From: the human T2T-CHM13v2.0 reference genome, Homo sapiens
NCBI RefSeq assembly: GCF_009914755.1
Contig: NC_060931.1
Strand: one strand, 5' to 3'
DNA length: 64,000 nucleotides
Shown here: piece by piece, positions 1 to 15,984 of the stretch
Position numbering within the stretch: position 1 is the first letter of the stretch
How the letters are laid out: each line of letters opens with the position of its first letter
Program-made: the position numbers and the translations under genes
Notes under the pieces: generated by a model
Told to the model about the DNA's origin: nothing
Database searches by the model: none
The model's input: only the letters and a program-made list of their open reading frames with translations

Positions 1-214
<214 letters not shown>

Positions 215-246
215 TAAGACGTTTTTGCCAAATTCAAGGTCACTAA

Positions 247-630
<384 letters not shown>

Positions 631-753
631 TAGGTAAATTACCTATTTTGAATTAAAATTTTGTATGTGGTGTGGTAAGCATTGAGTTTCAGTCTTTCTG
701 CATTAAGAATGATGTTAGCTTGGAGAGTGCTCTTTACTCCTGTGTTTTCTTAA

Positions 754-1062
<309 letters not shown>

Positions 1063-1064
1063 AC

Positions 1065-1082
1065 TTTTCTTTCTTTCCCTCT

Positions 1083-1157
<75 letters not shown>

Positions 1158-1318
1158 CTTTCTTTCTTTCTTTCTTCTTTCTTTCTTTCTTTCTTGTCTT
1201 TCTTTCTTTTCTTTCTTTCTCTTTCTTTCTTGTCTTTCTTTTTTTCTTTTTCTTCCTTCCTTTCTCTCTCTCTCTCTCTTTCTTTCTCTCTCTCTCCTCT
1301 TTCTCCTTTTTCTTTCTT
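1065..1318. repeat. (TTTC)n/(TC)n polypyrimidine microsatellite, probably the expanded A-tail of the adjacent Alu
   Basis: About 250 bp of TTTC and TC units directly abutting the Alu at 1319. Confidence 0.95.
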
Positions 1319-1590
1319 TGAGTCTCGCTCTGTCACCCAGGTTAGAGTGGGCAATTGCGTGATCTCTGCTCACTGCAACCTCTTCTTCCTGGTTCAAGCA
1401 ATTCTCCTGCTTCAGCCTCCCAAGTAGCTGGGATTACAAGCGCCCGCCACCATGCTTGGCTAATTTTTTGTATTTTTAGTAAGGTTTCGCCACGTTGGCC
1501 AGGCTGGTCTCAAACTCCTGACCTTAGGTTATCTACCCGCCTCAGCCTCCCAAAGTGCTGGGATTTCAGGTGTCAGCCCACTACGTGGTG
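1319..1590 (-). mobile_element. AluS element
   Basis: GAGTCTCGCTCTGTCACCCAGG...CCTCCCAAAGTGCTGGGATT. Confidence 0.92.
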
Positions 1591-1604
1591 GCCAGGATTG
1601 ATAC

Positions 1605-2320
1605 TTTTTCATCCTTAGAAATTTGATAGAATTTATCAGTGAAACTGTTGGGCCCAGAATTTTTTTTGTGGAAGAATTTAAATATGAATTCAATTGCTTT
1701 AATAGTTATAATTCAGATACTCAATTTTTTCTTGAGTCAGTTTGCATATATTTTGTTGTTTAAGGTATCAGATTTATTGACATAATTTGTCTCAATATTT
1801 CCTCATCATTTCAGTGCCTTTAAGATATGTTGCGATGTTGTTCCTCATGTCGATAATGTTTGTTTTTATTATTTTTTTAATCAATCTGCCTAGAGGTTTA
1901 TCAGTTTAATAGATTTTTGAAGAACTAGCTTTGGTTTCAATCATTTTCACTATTTTTCTATTTCACTGATTTCTACTCTTTATTGTTTTTTTCCTTCTCT
2001 AATTGCCTGTGTATATTTCATCACTTCATTCTTTTTGTACATTCAAGTTTTCTTCTGATATTATTGTGTTTTTGCCTGAAGCACTTCATTTCTCTCAGTT
2101 TAGGTCTTTTGGCAATTAATTCTCTCAGATTTTATTTGCCTGAAAAAGGTTTTATTTCTGAAGACTATTTTCACTAGATATAGAATTCTAAGTTGACAGT
2201 TTCAGTATTTTAAGAGATGTCATATCATTGTATTCTGGCTTGTATGGTTTCTGACTAGAAGCCTGTGGTCATTCTTAATTTTTGTTCATTAATATATAAA
2301 ACACATTTTCCCCCCTGTGG
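1605..2320 (-). mobile_element. Old L1 (L1M) fragments
   Basis: T-rich antisense L1 ORF2-like motifs such as TTGATAGAATTTATCAGTGAAAC and AGAACTAGCTTTGGTTTCA. Confidence 0.7.
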
Positions 2321-2326
2321 CTACTT

Positions 2327-2880
<554 letters not shown>

Positions 2881-3084
2881 AACGTATTCTAATATTTTTC
2901 CCAGAGTCTTTTTGTTTCAATTTTTCTTTTTTTTTTAAAGCATACTGAAGTTTAAAATGTTTTTACTGCCATCAAATCTTTTTTCTATAATGTTTATTAA
3001 CCTTTATGCCTAATTGCCCTTTCTTCCCTGATTTCAGATAAATACCCACACATTTTCTTTGCGTTTTCATGCAATGAAGAGTAA

Positions 3085-3295
3085 TTTAAAAGATAGTAAA
3101 TGTATCTACAATTTATTTTCAAATAGTTCAGCCAAAATGAAGTTTTATACACATACATAGACACACACAGAAAGCAAATATGTTAAAATATTAACTACTG
3201 GTGAATCTAGATGAAGGATAAATGAGTGTCCATTATACTGTTCCTTCAACTTTTAAGTGAATTTGAAATTTTTCAAAATAGTAAGTTGGATGGGG
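3085..3295 (+). mobile_element. Old L1 3' end (L1MC/L1ME type)
   Basis: GGTGAATCTAGATGAAGG...CAACTTTT...TTTGAAATTTTTCAAAATA 3'-end motif. Confidence 0.7.
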
Positions 3296-3957
3296 AAAAA
3301 TTCTTTGCCATAAGCTAGAAATTAGCTAAGCTTCTAGGTGTTTTGTGACCCACCTTATCATGTGAAACATCTCTATCATACAGTAGTCTGTGGGGTTTAT
3401 AAGAAATGTTCTGCTGCATTAAAAAAAAGAAATATAAAAATATAGTGAATAAAGGTCATCTTCCATGGCTGAATACATTACCACAAATGTAATTTATAGA
3501 ATTTCTTTTTTTAGCAGAAAAGTGTCTTAAAAACTCATTCATTAAATTGAGACATGTTGTGTTGTAGTGTGACCCATTTCCATGTTATAGTTGAGAAACT
3601 CGGTGTTCAGAAAAATTAAGTGACCTAGTTAGTACCTCCTGAGTTGGAATTAACCCAGGACCCCTGACTCTAGTCCTGCTTTTTTTCCTCTAAAGTGTGA
3701 ACCATGACCACTACTACTAACTAATACTTCTCTTTCTGTCTCCCTCTCCCCATTCTCTCCCAACTGCCCACCTCCAGAAGTAAGGATTTAAAAAGAACTA
3801 ACATCTGTTAGATTTTTTTTTAAATGTTAAGCCTAGGTATATCATTTATACAAGAATTAAATAAGCTTGAAAGAAAAAATTACCTACAGTTTTACCAGTT
3901 AAAAGTTATTAATATTTTATGTTGATTCTTCCCTAATTGTGTGTGTATTATTTTAAT

Positions 3958-4065
3958 TTTAATTTAATTTAATTTAATTTTATGGGTTTTTTTTTGTTTT
4001 TTGTTTTTTGCTGCTGCTCCTTGTGGAACAGGGCTAACCCATAGGCAGTGTGTCCAGAGTCAGCC
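3958..4065 (-). mobile_element. About 55-nt LTR-derived fragment with A-rich tail (short retroposed element)
   Basis: Minus strand reads GGCTGACTCTGGACACACTGCCTATGGGTTAGCCCTGTTCCACAAGGAGCAGCAGC then an A-rich tail; degenerate flanking repeat ending TATTTTAAT. Confidence 0.6.
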
Positions 4066-4283
4066 CGTATGAATATTTTAATGTGCTCCCTTTGTACATT
4101 CTGTTTAACTTTACTTTTGCTTAAGTAACGTGCTTAGCTTCTTTTTGTGCCAGTAAGTTTACAACTGTATTGTTAGTGGCTACTTAGTATTCCACATATG
4201 AATAAATAAAGTTATTTATTTAATCAATTGTCATACATTTAGGTTGCCTGTTTCTTCAGAAGTACGGTGTTGTGACGTGCATT

Positions 4284-4638
<355 letters not shown>

Positions 4639-4773
4639 TAGATTTCTTTTAGTATAATTAGTTACAGACCAGGTTGATTTTTAAGGTTCCCGTGGGTATT
4701 TCCAGATTGTCCTGCAAAAGACTAGGGCCAGTTCTTAACTCCTGACAACAGTGTATAAAGGTACCCACTTCTT

Positions 4774-5167
<394 letters not shown>

Positions 5168-5399
5168 TTAACTTATACTTATTATGTTAGTAAAATTTAA
5201 CATTTTTTATTTGTTTATTAGTTATTTTTCCTGTTTTGTAAATTGTTTTTTCATATATGTTGCCCATTTTTCTGTTGGTTTATTTTATATTGAGTTGTTA
5301 GAGTGCATGTTTTGCAAATGGTTTCCCTATTTAATCATTTGCCTTTTTTATTTGTTATTACTGTTTTGATAAGCAGAAGATTGTGTTTTTGCATGTGTG

Positions 5400-5672
5400 G
5401 TTTTTTTTTTGTTTTTTTTTGTTTGAGAGGGAGTCTTCCTCTGTCACCCAGGTTGGAGTGCAGTGGTGCCATCTCTGCTCACCGTAACCTCAGCCTCCCA
5501 AGTAGCTGGGATTACAGGCTCGCACCATCACACCTGGCTGATTTTTGTATTTTTAGTAGAGATGGGGTTTTACCATGTTGGCCAGGCTGGTCTCGAACTC
5601 CTCAACTCCAGTGATCTGTCTGCCTCGGCCTCCCAAAATGCTGGGACTACAGGTGTGAGCCATCGTGCCCAG
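5400..5672 (-). mobile_element. AluS element with small internal deletion
   Basis: AACCTC joined directly to AGCCTCCC; AGAAGATTGT on both flanks. Confidence 0.92.
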
Positions 5673-6548
5673 CAGAAGATTGTTTTTTATTTTATCCATC
5701 AATTTTTCTTTTTTAAAAACGAATGTCTTTTATATCTTTTGCTTTTGGCCTTCCTGAACGCAAGATAATGTGAATCTTTTTTTTTTTTTTTTAACGTGAG
5801 GCTTTTTGCGATTTGCTAATAAGCCTCTTATAAATGTTTGCTATTACTTGGCTTTTTTTGATGTAAGATATGAGGTAAGAATCTAATTCTTTTTCTTCAG
5901 GATTGGTATCTGGCTGTTTCAATCCAAGATTATAAGCTTCATGAAGGCAGATATCTGTCTATTTTGATCCACCACCCTATTCCTGTTATATAAGTAGGCA
6001 CTTAAGGATTTGGTTTCTTATTAAATATTTAATATTTAGAAAGGAAGTCAGTGGAAAATATTTATTTCTAATATTAATTCTTTGAGCATGCATCAGAATC
6101 ACCCGAGGAGCACTTTTGAAGTCTGCTGAATCAAAATGTAATCTCTTTTGCTATTATATATGTTTCTGTAACACAAACTTACTCATATGCATATAGTGGG
6201 AGAATGATATTAATGTATCATGAAAGTCCTGGTGGTTCACCAAAGATCTTTCTTTATGCATTAACATTTCTAAGTTCTCAGCAGTACGCTGTCTCATAAT
6301 GAAAGAAAAAGGTTTCACAACACATGAAGATTTAAAAATATTTGAACATTCTGCCTTTAGTTTTCATTTAGTGCAAGTAGTAACTGGTTTAGTGAATTTA
6401 AGAACTATTGTGCTTTTCACAGTGTTAGTGAAGATTCGAGCATTGAAAAGACAATGTGAAGACAAATTTTCTTGTATGTTTTTAACGTTGATAAAGGAGG
6501 GAGGGGGAGAAAAAGAGGTTGATCAAGATGGTTGTATGCCAAATCTGA

Positions 6549-6850
<302 letters not shown>

Positions 6851-8082
6851 ACTGATATTTTATTTAGATGAAACATACTGGTTTATTTTGGAAGCCAATG
6901 ACCTCACGGATTTACATCTTCAGAGAGGAATCATAAACTGTAGGGCTTAAAGCTGCCAAACATTGACCGTATGCCAGATGCAAAGGATACTGGAGCTTTA
7001 ACTCTATTAAGTCTATTAGAATTGTTATTGCTTTTATTGGTGCTTTCCTTACAGAATTGTACAGGTTTTAGGGTATAGCCATAATCTTATTTTCCCAGAA
7101 GGCCTCTTAGATTCAGTGCATACTATTACAAAGTATGAGGTTTTTCATCAATGTATATTAGCTGAAATATCTGTACTAAGGTGTTTTGAAGCAACTGTCC
7201 AGTTATCTCCTGTATGCGTTCTTGGCTCAGAATTATTGACTTTTCACAGTTCCTTAATCATTATTTAATACATTTTAGGGTTCTGTAATCCTGTGAACTA
7301 CCCTCATTGTAGGTTTCTCGTAGTCTAAGTAAAATTAGTACTCTAAAATTTATCTGTTTTATAATATTGCTTATATCTTTACAGCAGAGTGGAAATTAAT
7401 AAGATATGTATGGATGTGTGTTGGAGGGTAGTGGATTTTGGGTGAAGGGGCTTTCATTCTGCTACAGCTCTGCTGATTTAGAGGTGCAATGGGATGTTTT
7501 TGGCTAAGGAAATGTTACGTATGCTGTAGTGTGGGCTTTATGAAAGTAGGCCCAGAGATAGTAGCAACTGAAGTTCCTAGGTCACTTCTCTGACTCGTGT
7601 ATCTCAGTTTTGGTTTGGAAAGCCTGAAAACTTTTGATAGGGGCACTTGGCCATGTTATAGTTGTTAAGTTGGGTGGACACACAGGTTTTACCTGGAATA
7701 ATACTATATCCCAGCCAGTTGTTCAGACCATTCGAAGAGCCATTGCAAAGAAATGGCTGAGAAGTTGGTATCTTCCTTTGTCATAATTGCATTATTTACC
7801 TATAAATTCTCTATAATTTCGGTATTGTTACACTAGAGGCTGATCAACACTAACCCACCTGACTTTGTATAGCTTTTAGGCTCTTCAAAATAGTACATGG
7901 TATATCTAAACTACAAAAGTGAGGTGAGAATTTGCATATATGTAAATATGAAAGTTACTACTAAACATTAGACACATAGTACACATGGCTCTGCTGTGGT
8001 TTAAAACTGACTTTTTCATTTAAGGCAATCTGGACTCTATTAGTGAGAAATAAATTGTTTTTCTTGGTTTTATTCTCTAAAG

Positions 8083-8265
8083 GATCCAGCATTTGGAGGC
8101 ATACATGAAACTCCATCCTCTCCAATTTCAGGGCAACCATGTGGAGATGATCAAAATGCTTCACCTTCAAAACTTTCAAAGGAAGAGTTAATACAGAGTA
8201 TGGATCGTGTAAATCGAGAAATTGCAAAAGTACAACACCAGATCCTTAAACTGAAAAAGAAACAA
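8083..8265 (+). pseudogene. NCOR1P: NCOR1 unprocessed pseudogene exon (start of the GPS2-binding coiled coil); NCOR1P-type paralog
   Basis: 183-nt phase 0/0 exon with polypyrimidine-AG acceptor and GTAAAT donor; translates DPAFGGIHETPSSPISGQPCGDDQNASPSKLSKEELIQSMDRVNREIAKVQHQILKLKKKQ, five residues different from NCOR1 as I recall it; no further NCOR1 exons seen downstream. Confidence 0.93.
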
Positions 8266-8971
8266 GTAAATGTCTTTGCTTAATATATTCTAAGAATGTG
8301 TGTTTTTCTCCCTACAGAAGATATTTTTGAGTTTTCCATATTTTGAAACTTTACATAAAAGGAATCATGCCTTATATATTCTGACTTGCTGTTTTTTGCT
8401 ACTATTGTGGTTTTCTTACATTCATTCATTTTCCTTGCTGCACTGTCTGATTATATGATTTAGAGAGTGAAATTTTGTTGTCCATTCTATTTTTGATTTT
8501 TTTTTCTATTCCATACAATGGTGCTGGTTTTTGGTTCACATGTAGAGATTTTCTAGGGCATGTGCCCAGGAATGGCAGTGCTTGGCCCAAGATTATGCAC
8601 AGTGAACTATTTAATAGATGATACCAAATTTGCTAAGAAGTAACACCGTTTTACATTCCCACTGGCAGCTTATGTAGGTGCTGGTTTGTGCACATTCTTG
8701 CCTTTATTTGATATCATTTTTTCATTTGGATATGAAATAGTCTTCTCTGTGGTTGGAAGGAGGCTGAGCTTATTTTCATTTGTTTATGGGTTATTTGGGT
8801 TCTTTATGTGCATTGTTCATGTCTTTTGTCTATAGTCTCCTATTTTGTCATTGAAATTTTTAGGATTCCCTGAAGTCCCTTGTCAGATATGTGTATAGAA
8901 GATTTGCCTAGTTTGTGGCCTGTAACTTCACTTTTAGCCCAGTATCCACTCTTAAGTGTACACTAAGTGCA

Positions 8972-9108
8972 TTTTTTTTCCAGATTTCAAGTCTCACTCT
9001 GTCACCCAGGCTGGAGTGCAGTGGTGCGATCTTGGCTCACTGCAACCTCTGCCTCCCAAGTTGAAGTGATTCTCCTGCAACAGCCTCCTGAGCAGATGGG
9101 ACTATAGA
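8972..9108 (-). mobile_element. Alu fragment (right arm)
   Basis: GTCTCACTCTGTCACCCAGGCTGGAGTGCAGTGG. Confidence 0.88.
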
Positions 9109-9109
9109 C

Positions 9110-11150
9110 ACTTTAAGTGCTTTTAATGTATTCATAAAGTTGTACAGCTATCACCACTCTCTAACTCTAGAACATTTTTATCATTTCAAAAAGAAACTCC
9201 ATACTTACTAGCAGTTACTCCCCATTTCCCCCTTTCCCCAGCCCCTGGCAATCACTAGACTATTCTCTGTCTCTATGGACTAGCATATGCCAAATATCAG
9301 AAAAAACAGAATCATATGTGACCCTTTGTGTTTGGCTTCATTTATTTAGCATGTTGTCCTGATTCATCCATGTTGTATCTTGTGTCAGCCCTTCATTGCT
9401 TTATATGCCTGAATCCCACTGCATGAGTATACTATGGTTTGTTTATCCATTCATTAGTCGATGGATATTTGAGTTGTGTTCATTTTTTGACTATGATTAA
9501 TAATGTACTGTGATGAGATTCATGTACTCGTTTTTGTGTGGACGTATTTTTACAATTTTCTTTATATATCTAGGAGTGGGCATATGGTAAATCTATGTTT
9601 AAATTTTTGAAAAACTTCAAAACTGTTTTCCAAAGTCTCTGTACCATTTTATATTATTACCAGCAGTGTATGGAGGTTCCAGTTTTTCCTACCTCCTTGA
9701 CAACGTCCGTTATTTTCCTTTTTTAAAAAAATATAGCTATCCTTGTACATGTGAGGTGGTATCTAGTTGTAGTTTTCATTTGCATATCCTTAATGACTAA
9801 TGATGTTGAGCATCTTTTTATGTGCTGATTGGCCATTTGTATATCCTTTTAGAGAAATGTTCATTTAGATTGTTTGCTCGTTTAATTGGGTTGTGTTTTT
9901 GTTATTCTAAGAATTCTTTATATATTCTGGACATTAGTTCCTCATCAGATGTATGACTTAATAGATATTTTCTCTCATCCTGTGGGTTCTTTTCAGTTTC
10001 CTGATGGTATCCTCTGATGTACAAAAGTTTTAAATTTTGTTAAAGTCCAGTTTGTTTTTTCCTTTTGTCACTCTTGCATTTGGTGTTGTATTTAAGACCC
10101 ATTGCCTAATTCACGGTCACAGATTTATACCTATGTTTTCTTCTACAAATTTTATAGTTTTACCCCTTATATTTGGGTCTTTGATCCTGATAGTGTTTTT
10201 CTGGTGAACAGAATTTGTTTAGGTTTTATATGAAAACCCACTGGGGCTATTGAGGTAGTTTTACTATATTATCTTTAGAAGTTTTATGGTTTTGCTTCTC
10301 ATCTTATTCTTAATCCACTGGAAACTACGTGTTGTATAGTCAGTGTTCATTTATATTTACTCACATATTTGTCTTCTTACGTACTCACCATTTCTTCTCG
10401 CAACTCAAGTCTTCCATCTAGGTGAACACCATTCTACTGAAGAACATCTCTTAGAACTTCCTTTAGTGAAGGTCTCTTAGTTAGCAAATTCAGCATTTGT
10501 TTGGTTTTTATGACTTAAATATTGTCTTATATTTGGCCTGTTTATTAAAAGATATATTAATTTCATATGTGATTATTTTTTCTCAGTACATTGTCTTCTT
10601 GCTTCCATTTTTAAGACATTAGCTCTTGGTCTAAATCCATATTCTTTCATGGATAATGTGAATTTTCTCTCTGGTTGTTTTCAATATATTCTTTTCTTCA
10701 AGGTTCCGTTATTTTTATGATGATACATTTAGGTATTTTTTTTTCCTTTTAAATCTGTCCAACTTGAGCTTCCTGAATATGAAGGGTGGAATTTTTCATC
10801 ACTTTGGGAAAATTCCAAGCCGTTATCTTTTTTACAAAACCTTTCTAACAGTTTATTTTTCTACTTACGAAATCCTGTTAGTTGTAATATCTTATCATTC
10901 TTGTCTTCCATGTCTCTGGTTTCTCTCTTATTTTTTACTTCTTTGGGCTTTATTCTGAGCAATTTCTTCAGCCTGTCTTCCAGTTTACATTTTCCTTTTC
11001 AATTGTATGTAATCTGCTGTCAAATCTGTCTTCAATTTCAACAATTATGTTTTTATTTCTGGAATTTCTGTTTGGATCCTTCTCAAATCTGCCTGGTCAT
11101 TTTTTAAAATGTTTTTTTGCTTTCATTGAGTTGTATTAAATTTTTACTAT
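9110..11150 (-). mobile_element. L1MB/L1M fragments (3' UTR and ORF2, antisense)
   Basis: CCCCAGCCCCTGGCAATCAC, TTTATCCATTCATTAGTCGATGGA, TAATGACTAATGATGTTGAGCATCTTTT. Confidence 0.85.
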
Positions 11151-11601
11151 ATGCCCAACAATTCTAATTAAGTCTTTATTGGTTTGATTTTGCTGAGTCT
11201 CTTTTCTTTTGTCTTTATTTTCTTTACTTGTACAATGGTAATAATCTAGTAATAACACCAACTAAATCACATGATTGTTTTATGAATTGAGATAATGAAT
11301 ATATTGCATAATATCTGGTACATAGTAAATGTACATGCAATCCATTATAATAATTAGAAATAATGAAATATAATGTATGATTATTAGGAAATGTACCAGA
11401 GCCACAAATTTTATTGAGCGATATAAAAGACAACTAGAGAAAACAAAGAAATATGACATAGCTGGATGGAAACAGTAATAATAATGTTGTGTGTTCATCT
11501 TGGACTAAATCATGTCTCATACAATTTCAATAAAATTCCAATTAAATTTATTTTTGAAACATGGCAAATACATTGTAAATTTAATGTAAAAGAACAAACA
11601 G

Positions 11602-12146
<545 letters not shown>

Positions 12147-13799
12147 TCAGGGAGCCAAATGAAAGCCTTTCATTCCGTATCGGCCACCTAACCCCATTGA
12201 CACTCCAAGTGAACATTCTCTTTTAGAGATACTCATTGTCCTGTTTTCTCTGTAATCTTGTAAAGGAATCTGATTTCTCCCATTAGCCTTTCACAGGACT
12301 AAAATTTCACATTAGAATGCTATTCTTTAGAAGGCATCTTCTTAGATTAGGCTGCAAGGAGATTGAGGAAGTTACTGTCTGTCACTTATACCCCACAGGG
12401 ACATTAATTCACCAGAGCTTTGGTGGGGGAGTAGAGGAGCTCCTTTCAAGCAGGACTGGATGCTGCACAGAGTGTAAAGGGGGCAGAAGGATCCAGGACA
12501 CCTAGGCCTGGAGATAACGCCAGTGCTGGGAGGTACCGTTATTATCCCCATTTTTTTACAATATGTGAGACAGGATGAGGGGATGGATGGGGAGGATATC
12601 TGGGGGCCCTGCTAGAACTCACCTCCAGAGCCCAGGCTTGGGAATCCCCAGAACCCCCATATTGTCCCTTACACCTGGGTGGCTGTGCTCAAGGGCTCAG
12701 GGAAGGGGGACTCTTGTGGTCCTGGACTCCCTAGCCCTTCCCCTTCTGTGGGCCCACCCTGGGCTGTCAGAGTGTTAGGTGCTGGAATGGTGTGAGCTGG
12801 TTTGTAGTCATTTCCAAGGCAGTTTATGGTAACCTCACCTCTGTCCCTGCCATGTCCTGAGCAGAGGTCCCGGGGAGAAGTCCTGGGGCCAGAGCCACCC
12901 ATCTCACCACTAGCCATATGATGAAAAACAACATATGATTTCATCATATGAGGGGGCTGCACCCTGGGAGATGGCATCGGGTGGAACGGAGCATCTGTCT
13001 TCACCTCCTTGTTAAGCAGAGGTGGCTCTGGGACTGTGGGTGGAGATACTGGAGAGGCAGTGGGAAGCGAAGTGGAGGAGGAAATATTACTGGGTACTAA
13101 TGAGTCACAGTTGATAGACTCATGTCTTCATGTGCTTTGGAGGCAGTGTGGTGGGGTGCAGATGGCATATGTTTTGGTGACCTACAGGCTTACATTCAAA
13201 TAGCTGTTACCTCATGTTCCACGTCTGTGACCCTGGCAGGGGGAGCTCCTCAACCCCAAACTTGCACAGCTGAGTGGGAGAAACCAGAGGGATCTTGTGT
13301 TGTTAGGGACCTGGCATCATGCCTGGCACAGAGCACTTGCAAAATCTTCATTCTCAAGATTGGCATTTGTAGCTCTGGGAGATACACAGAGAGGTCTGTG
13401 TATGTATGGGTGGGTACATGTGGATAAGTGTGGGTCTGTTTATGTGTGTGGGAGTGCATGTTTCAGGGACACAGGCTATTCAAAACCAGCACAAGTTAAC
13501 TCCAATAAGGGAAGGGAAGAAAGCTCATGGTAAACCAGGAAGACACTCTAGAGATGAGGCTTCCTGCACCCCACATGGTCTCTTGGTGCCTGTGCCATTG
13601 TAGCCTTCAGTGCTCATGCTTGTCCTACCCTCAGGGTCCTCCCCCGGATCTCAGTGCCTGGCCTGTGGAAAGCTTCAGTAAATGAGGAAACATAAATATA
13701 AGGGAATATAACTAGCTAATTAGGGTAATTAAGTGAGGAGTAGCCATTTCCAACATGCATTAAGCTGTCCCTGATTTTTAGGGGCTGGAGGTCTAGTGA

Positions 13800-14250
13800 G
13801 AGACACAATTTGCGGCAAGATGGGGACGAAGTAGGATGCACAGAGAAGGTGAGCGTGGTTTGTAGGTTAAGTAGAAATTCACCGGGCAGAGAAGATGTAG
13901 GAAGACCCTCCAGGCAGAGGAGCAACAGGATCAAAGCCATGTGGTGAAGGAACAAGGCAAGTGGGTCAGCAATGCTACTAGAGGGGGAGGGGAAGAAGTC
14001 AAGGTGGAAATGGAGGGGCCTCAGCTCCTCAGTGCCTGGGGTGTTATGCTAAGGAATTGCGGTCTTACCCTTTAGTCAAAGGGACAACGGAGGGACATGA
14101 CCAGGTTTGCAGTTTGAGAAAATTATCAGGCTGATATCTGGAAAGAGGAAGGTCTGGGGCAGCGAGACCAATGGGAGGCTTCTCTGCTCAGGTGAGAGGC
14201 GGTGGTCATCTGGATTAGGGAGAATTTGAACTCAAGGCTACAGGAACTGA
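13800..14250 (-). mobile_element. L2 fragments
   Basis: Purine-rich L2-like motifs (CCAGGCAGAGGAGCAACAG, ATGCTAAGGAATT, GAGACCAATGGGAGGCT...CAGGTGAGAGG). Confidence 0.6.
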
Positions 14251-14882
14251 GAAGACAGTTCCAGTTTACCATATGAGCAGTACCTGCTGTGGCTGGCAGG
14301 GCACCAGCACTTCTACCCAGATTATCTCATTAAAATTCTAAAGTAGACCTGGTCAGCTCTGGAAGCCACCTGGGCCTCAGGCATGAGAGAGGAGGAGGAA
14401 TTGGGGCAAATGTAGTGGGTGGGTGCAGTTGGAGATGCTGAGCGTATTAGCAAAGATGGGACAGAAAAGTGGGGAGCAGGGAAAGGAGTGGCAGGGAGAG
14501 TGAGGCCTTTCCCTGCCTGGCCACAGCCTTTACCCATGAGCCTCCCATTCCTCATTCCTGCCAGATTGGCTGGACCCAGGACCAGGACCCTGGTTTGTGT
14601 TGAAGGTTCTGTCTCCTCTGTGGGCCTCCCTCCCTCTACCTCTTCCTTCTGAGGATTGCTTAATGTTCTGCCTAAACACGAATCTGACTACATACTCTCC
14701 TGCTGATAAATCTTCAAGGATGCCTCTGATTCTGGGCAAAGCCTGAGCTTCTTAGTTTTATGTTCTGGGGGTCTCCATTGTTGGATATCCCCTCCCCAGC
14801 TTCAACTCTGCCTGTTCCTCCTCGTCGAAGTACCTGTATTTTAAAATGCTACCTCCTCTCCTTTTCCTCCAAGATTTTCAGA

Positions 14883-15262
14883 GGTGATGGTGATGATAAG
14901 GATGGTGATGGTAAGGTGATAATGATGGTGATGATGAGGAAGGTGATGGTGAAGGTGGTGATAATGATAGTGATAGTTATGCTGAGGATGATGATGAGAA
15001 TGGTGAGAATGGTGAAGGTGAGCATGGTGATGGTGATGGTAAGGATGGTGATGATGAGGTGATAATGATGGTGATGGTCAGGATGGTGATGGTGAAAGTG
15101 GTGGTGGTGATAATGATGGAGATGGTGAGGGTGGTGATAGTGAAGTTGGTGATGATACTGATAGTTATGGTGAGGATGCTGCTGCTGATGCTGGTGAGAA
15201 TGGTGAGGGTGAGACTGACGATAATGACGATGGTGATGGTGAGTATGGGGATGGTGATGGTG
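14883..15262. repeat. Complex (GTGAT/GAT/GGT)n low-complexity array, copy A
   Basis: Trinucleotide-phased GAT/GGT units with recurring GATAGTTATG and GTGAGAATGG. Confidence 0.95.
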
Positions 15263-15313
15263 CACCCCTTGATCTGGCAATTCGACATCTAAGAAATGTT
15301 CATTTCTTCCAGG

Positions 15314-15440
15314 ATTTTTTTTTTTGAGTCAAGACTTCCCTATGTTGCCCAGGCTGGCCACGAACTACTGGCCACGAGTGATCCTCCCACTTTGGCCTCC
15401 TGAGTAGCTGTGATTACAGGCATGAACCATGGTGCCTGGC
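15314..15440 (-). mobile_element. FLAM/AluJ monomer inside an old L1 3' fragment (~15263-15600)
   Basis: Single Alu arm; flanks read CCTTGATCTGGCAATTC and CTAGGAATTTATCC. Confidence 0.8.
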
Positions 15441-15984
15441 TTTACCCTAGGAATTTATCCCGAGGAAATAATCAGACAAGTGTGCCAAGCGGTACTTAGA
15501 GAAGGGTATTTACTGTTGCATTGATGATAGTAAGTAAGATGTGGGAAGAATGTAAATGTCCAGCAATAAGAGATTGGCTAAATAATTGTGCTACAGCTAG
15601 GCAAGGGGCTGGTTTATGGCTATTCAGAACACAGACCCTCCTGATTGAGTCAAATCTCCTGTCACTTCTCTCACACACCACACACCTCCCTCCTTTTCAG
15701 CACAAATTACAATCGTAATTTTACATTTCTTTGTGAACCTCTTTGATGAATTTCTGTATCCCTCATTAGATCCTAAGCTCCATGGAGGCAAGGAGTATAC
15801 TATGTTCATTGTTGTGTCCTCCATGCCAAGTTAAGTTCCTGGAACACAGTACACTCTCAATAATTTGTTGTTAAATGAATGACTGAATCTATATTTCTTA
15901 GTATGGAAAGATGTTTGAAATATGCAATTAAGAGAAAGAGCAGATCATAAAACAGCATGCGTGCTGTAGTACACACTGCAAATT

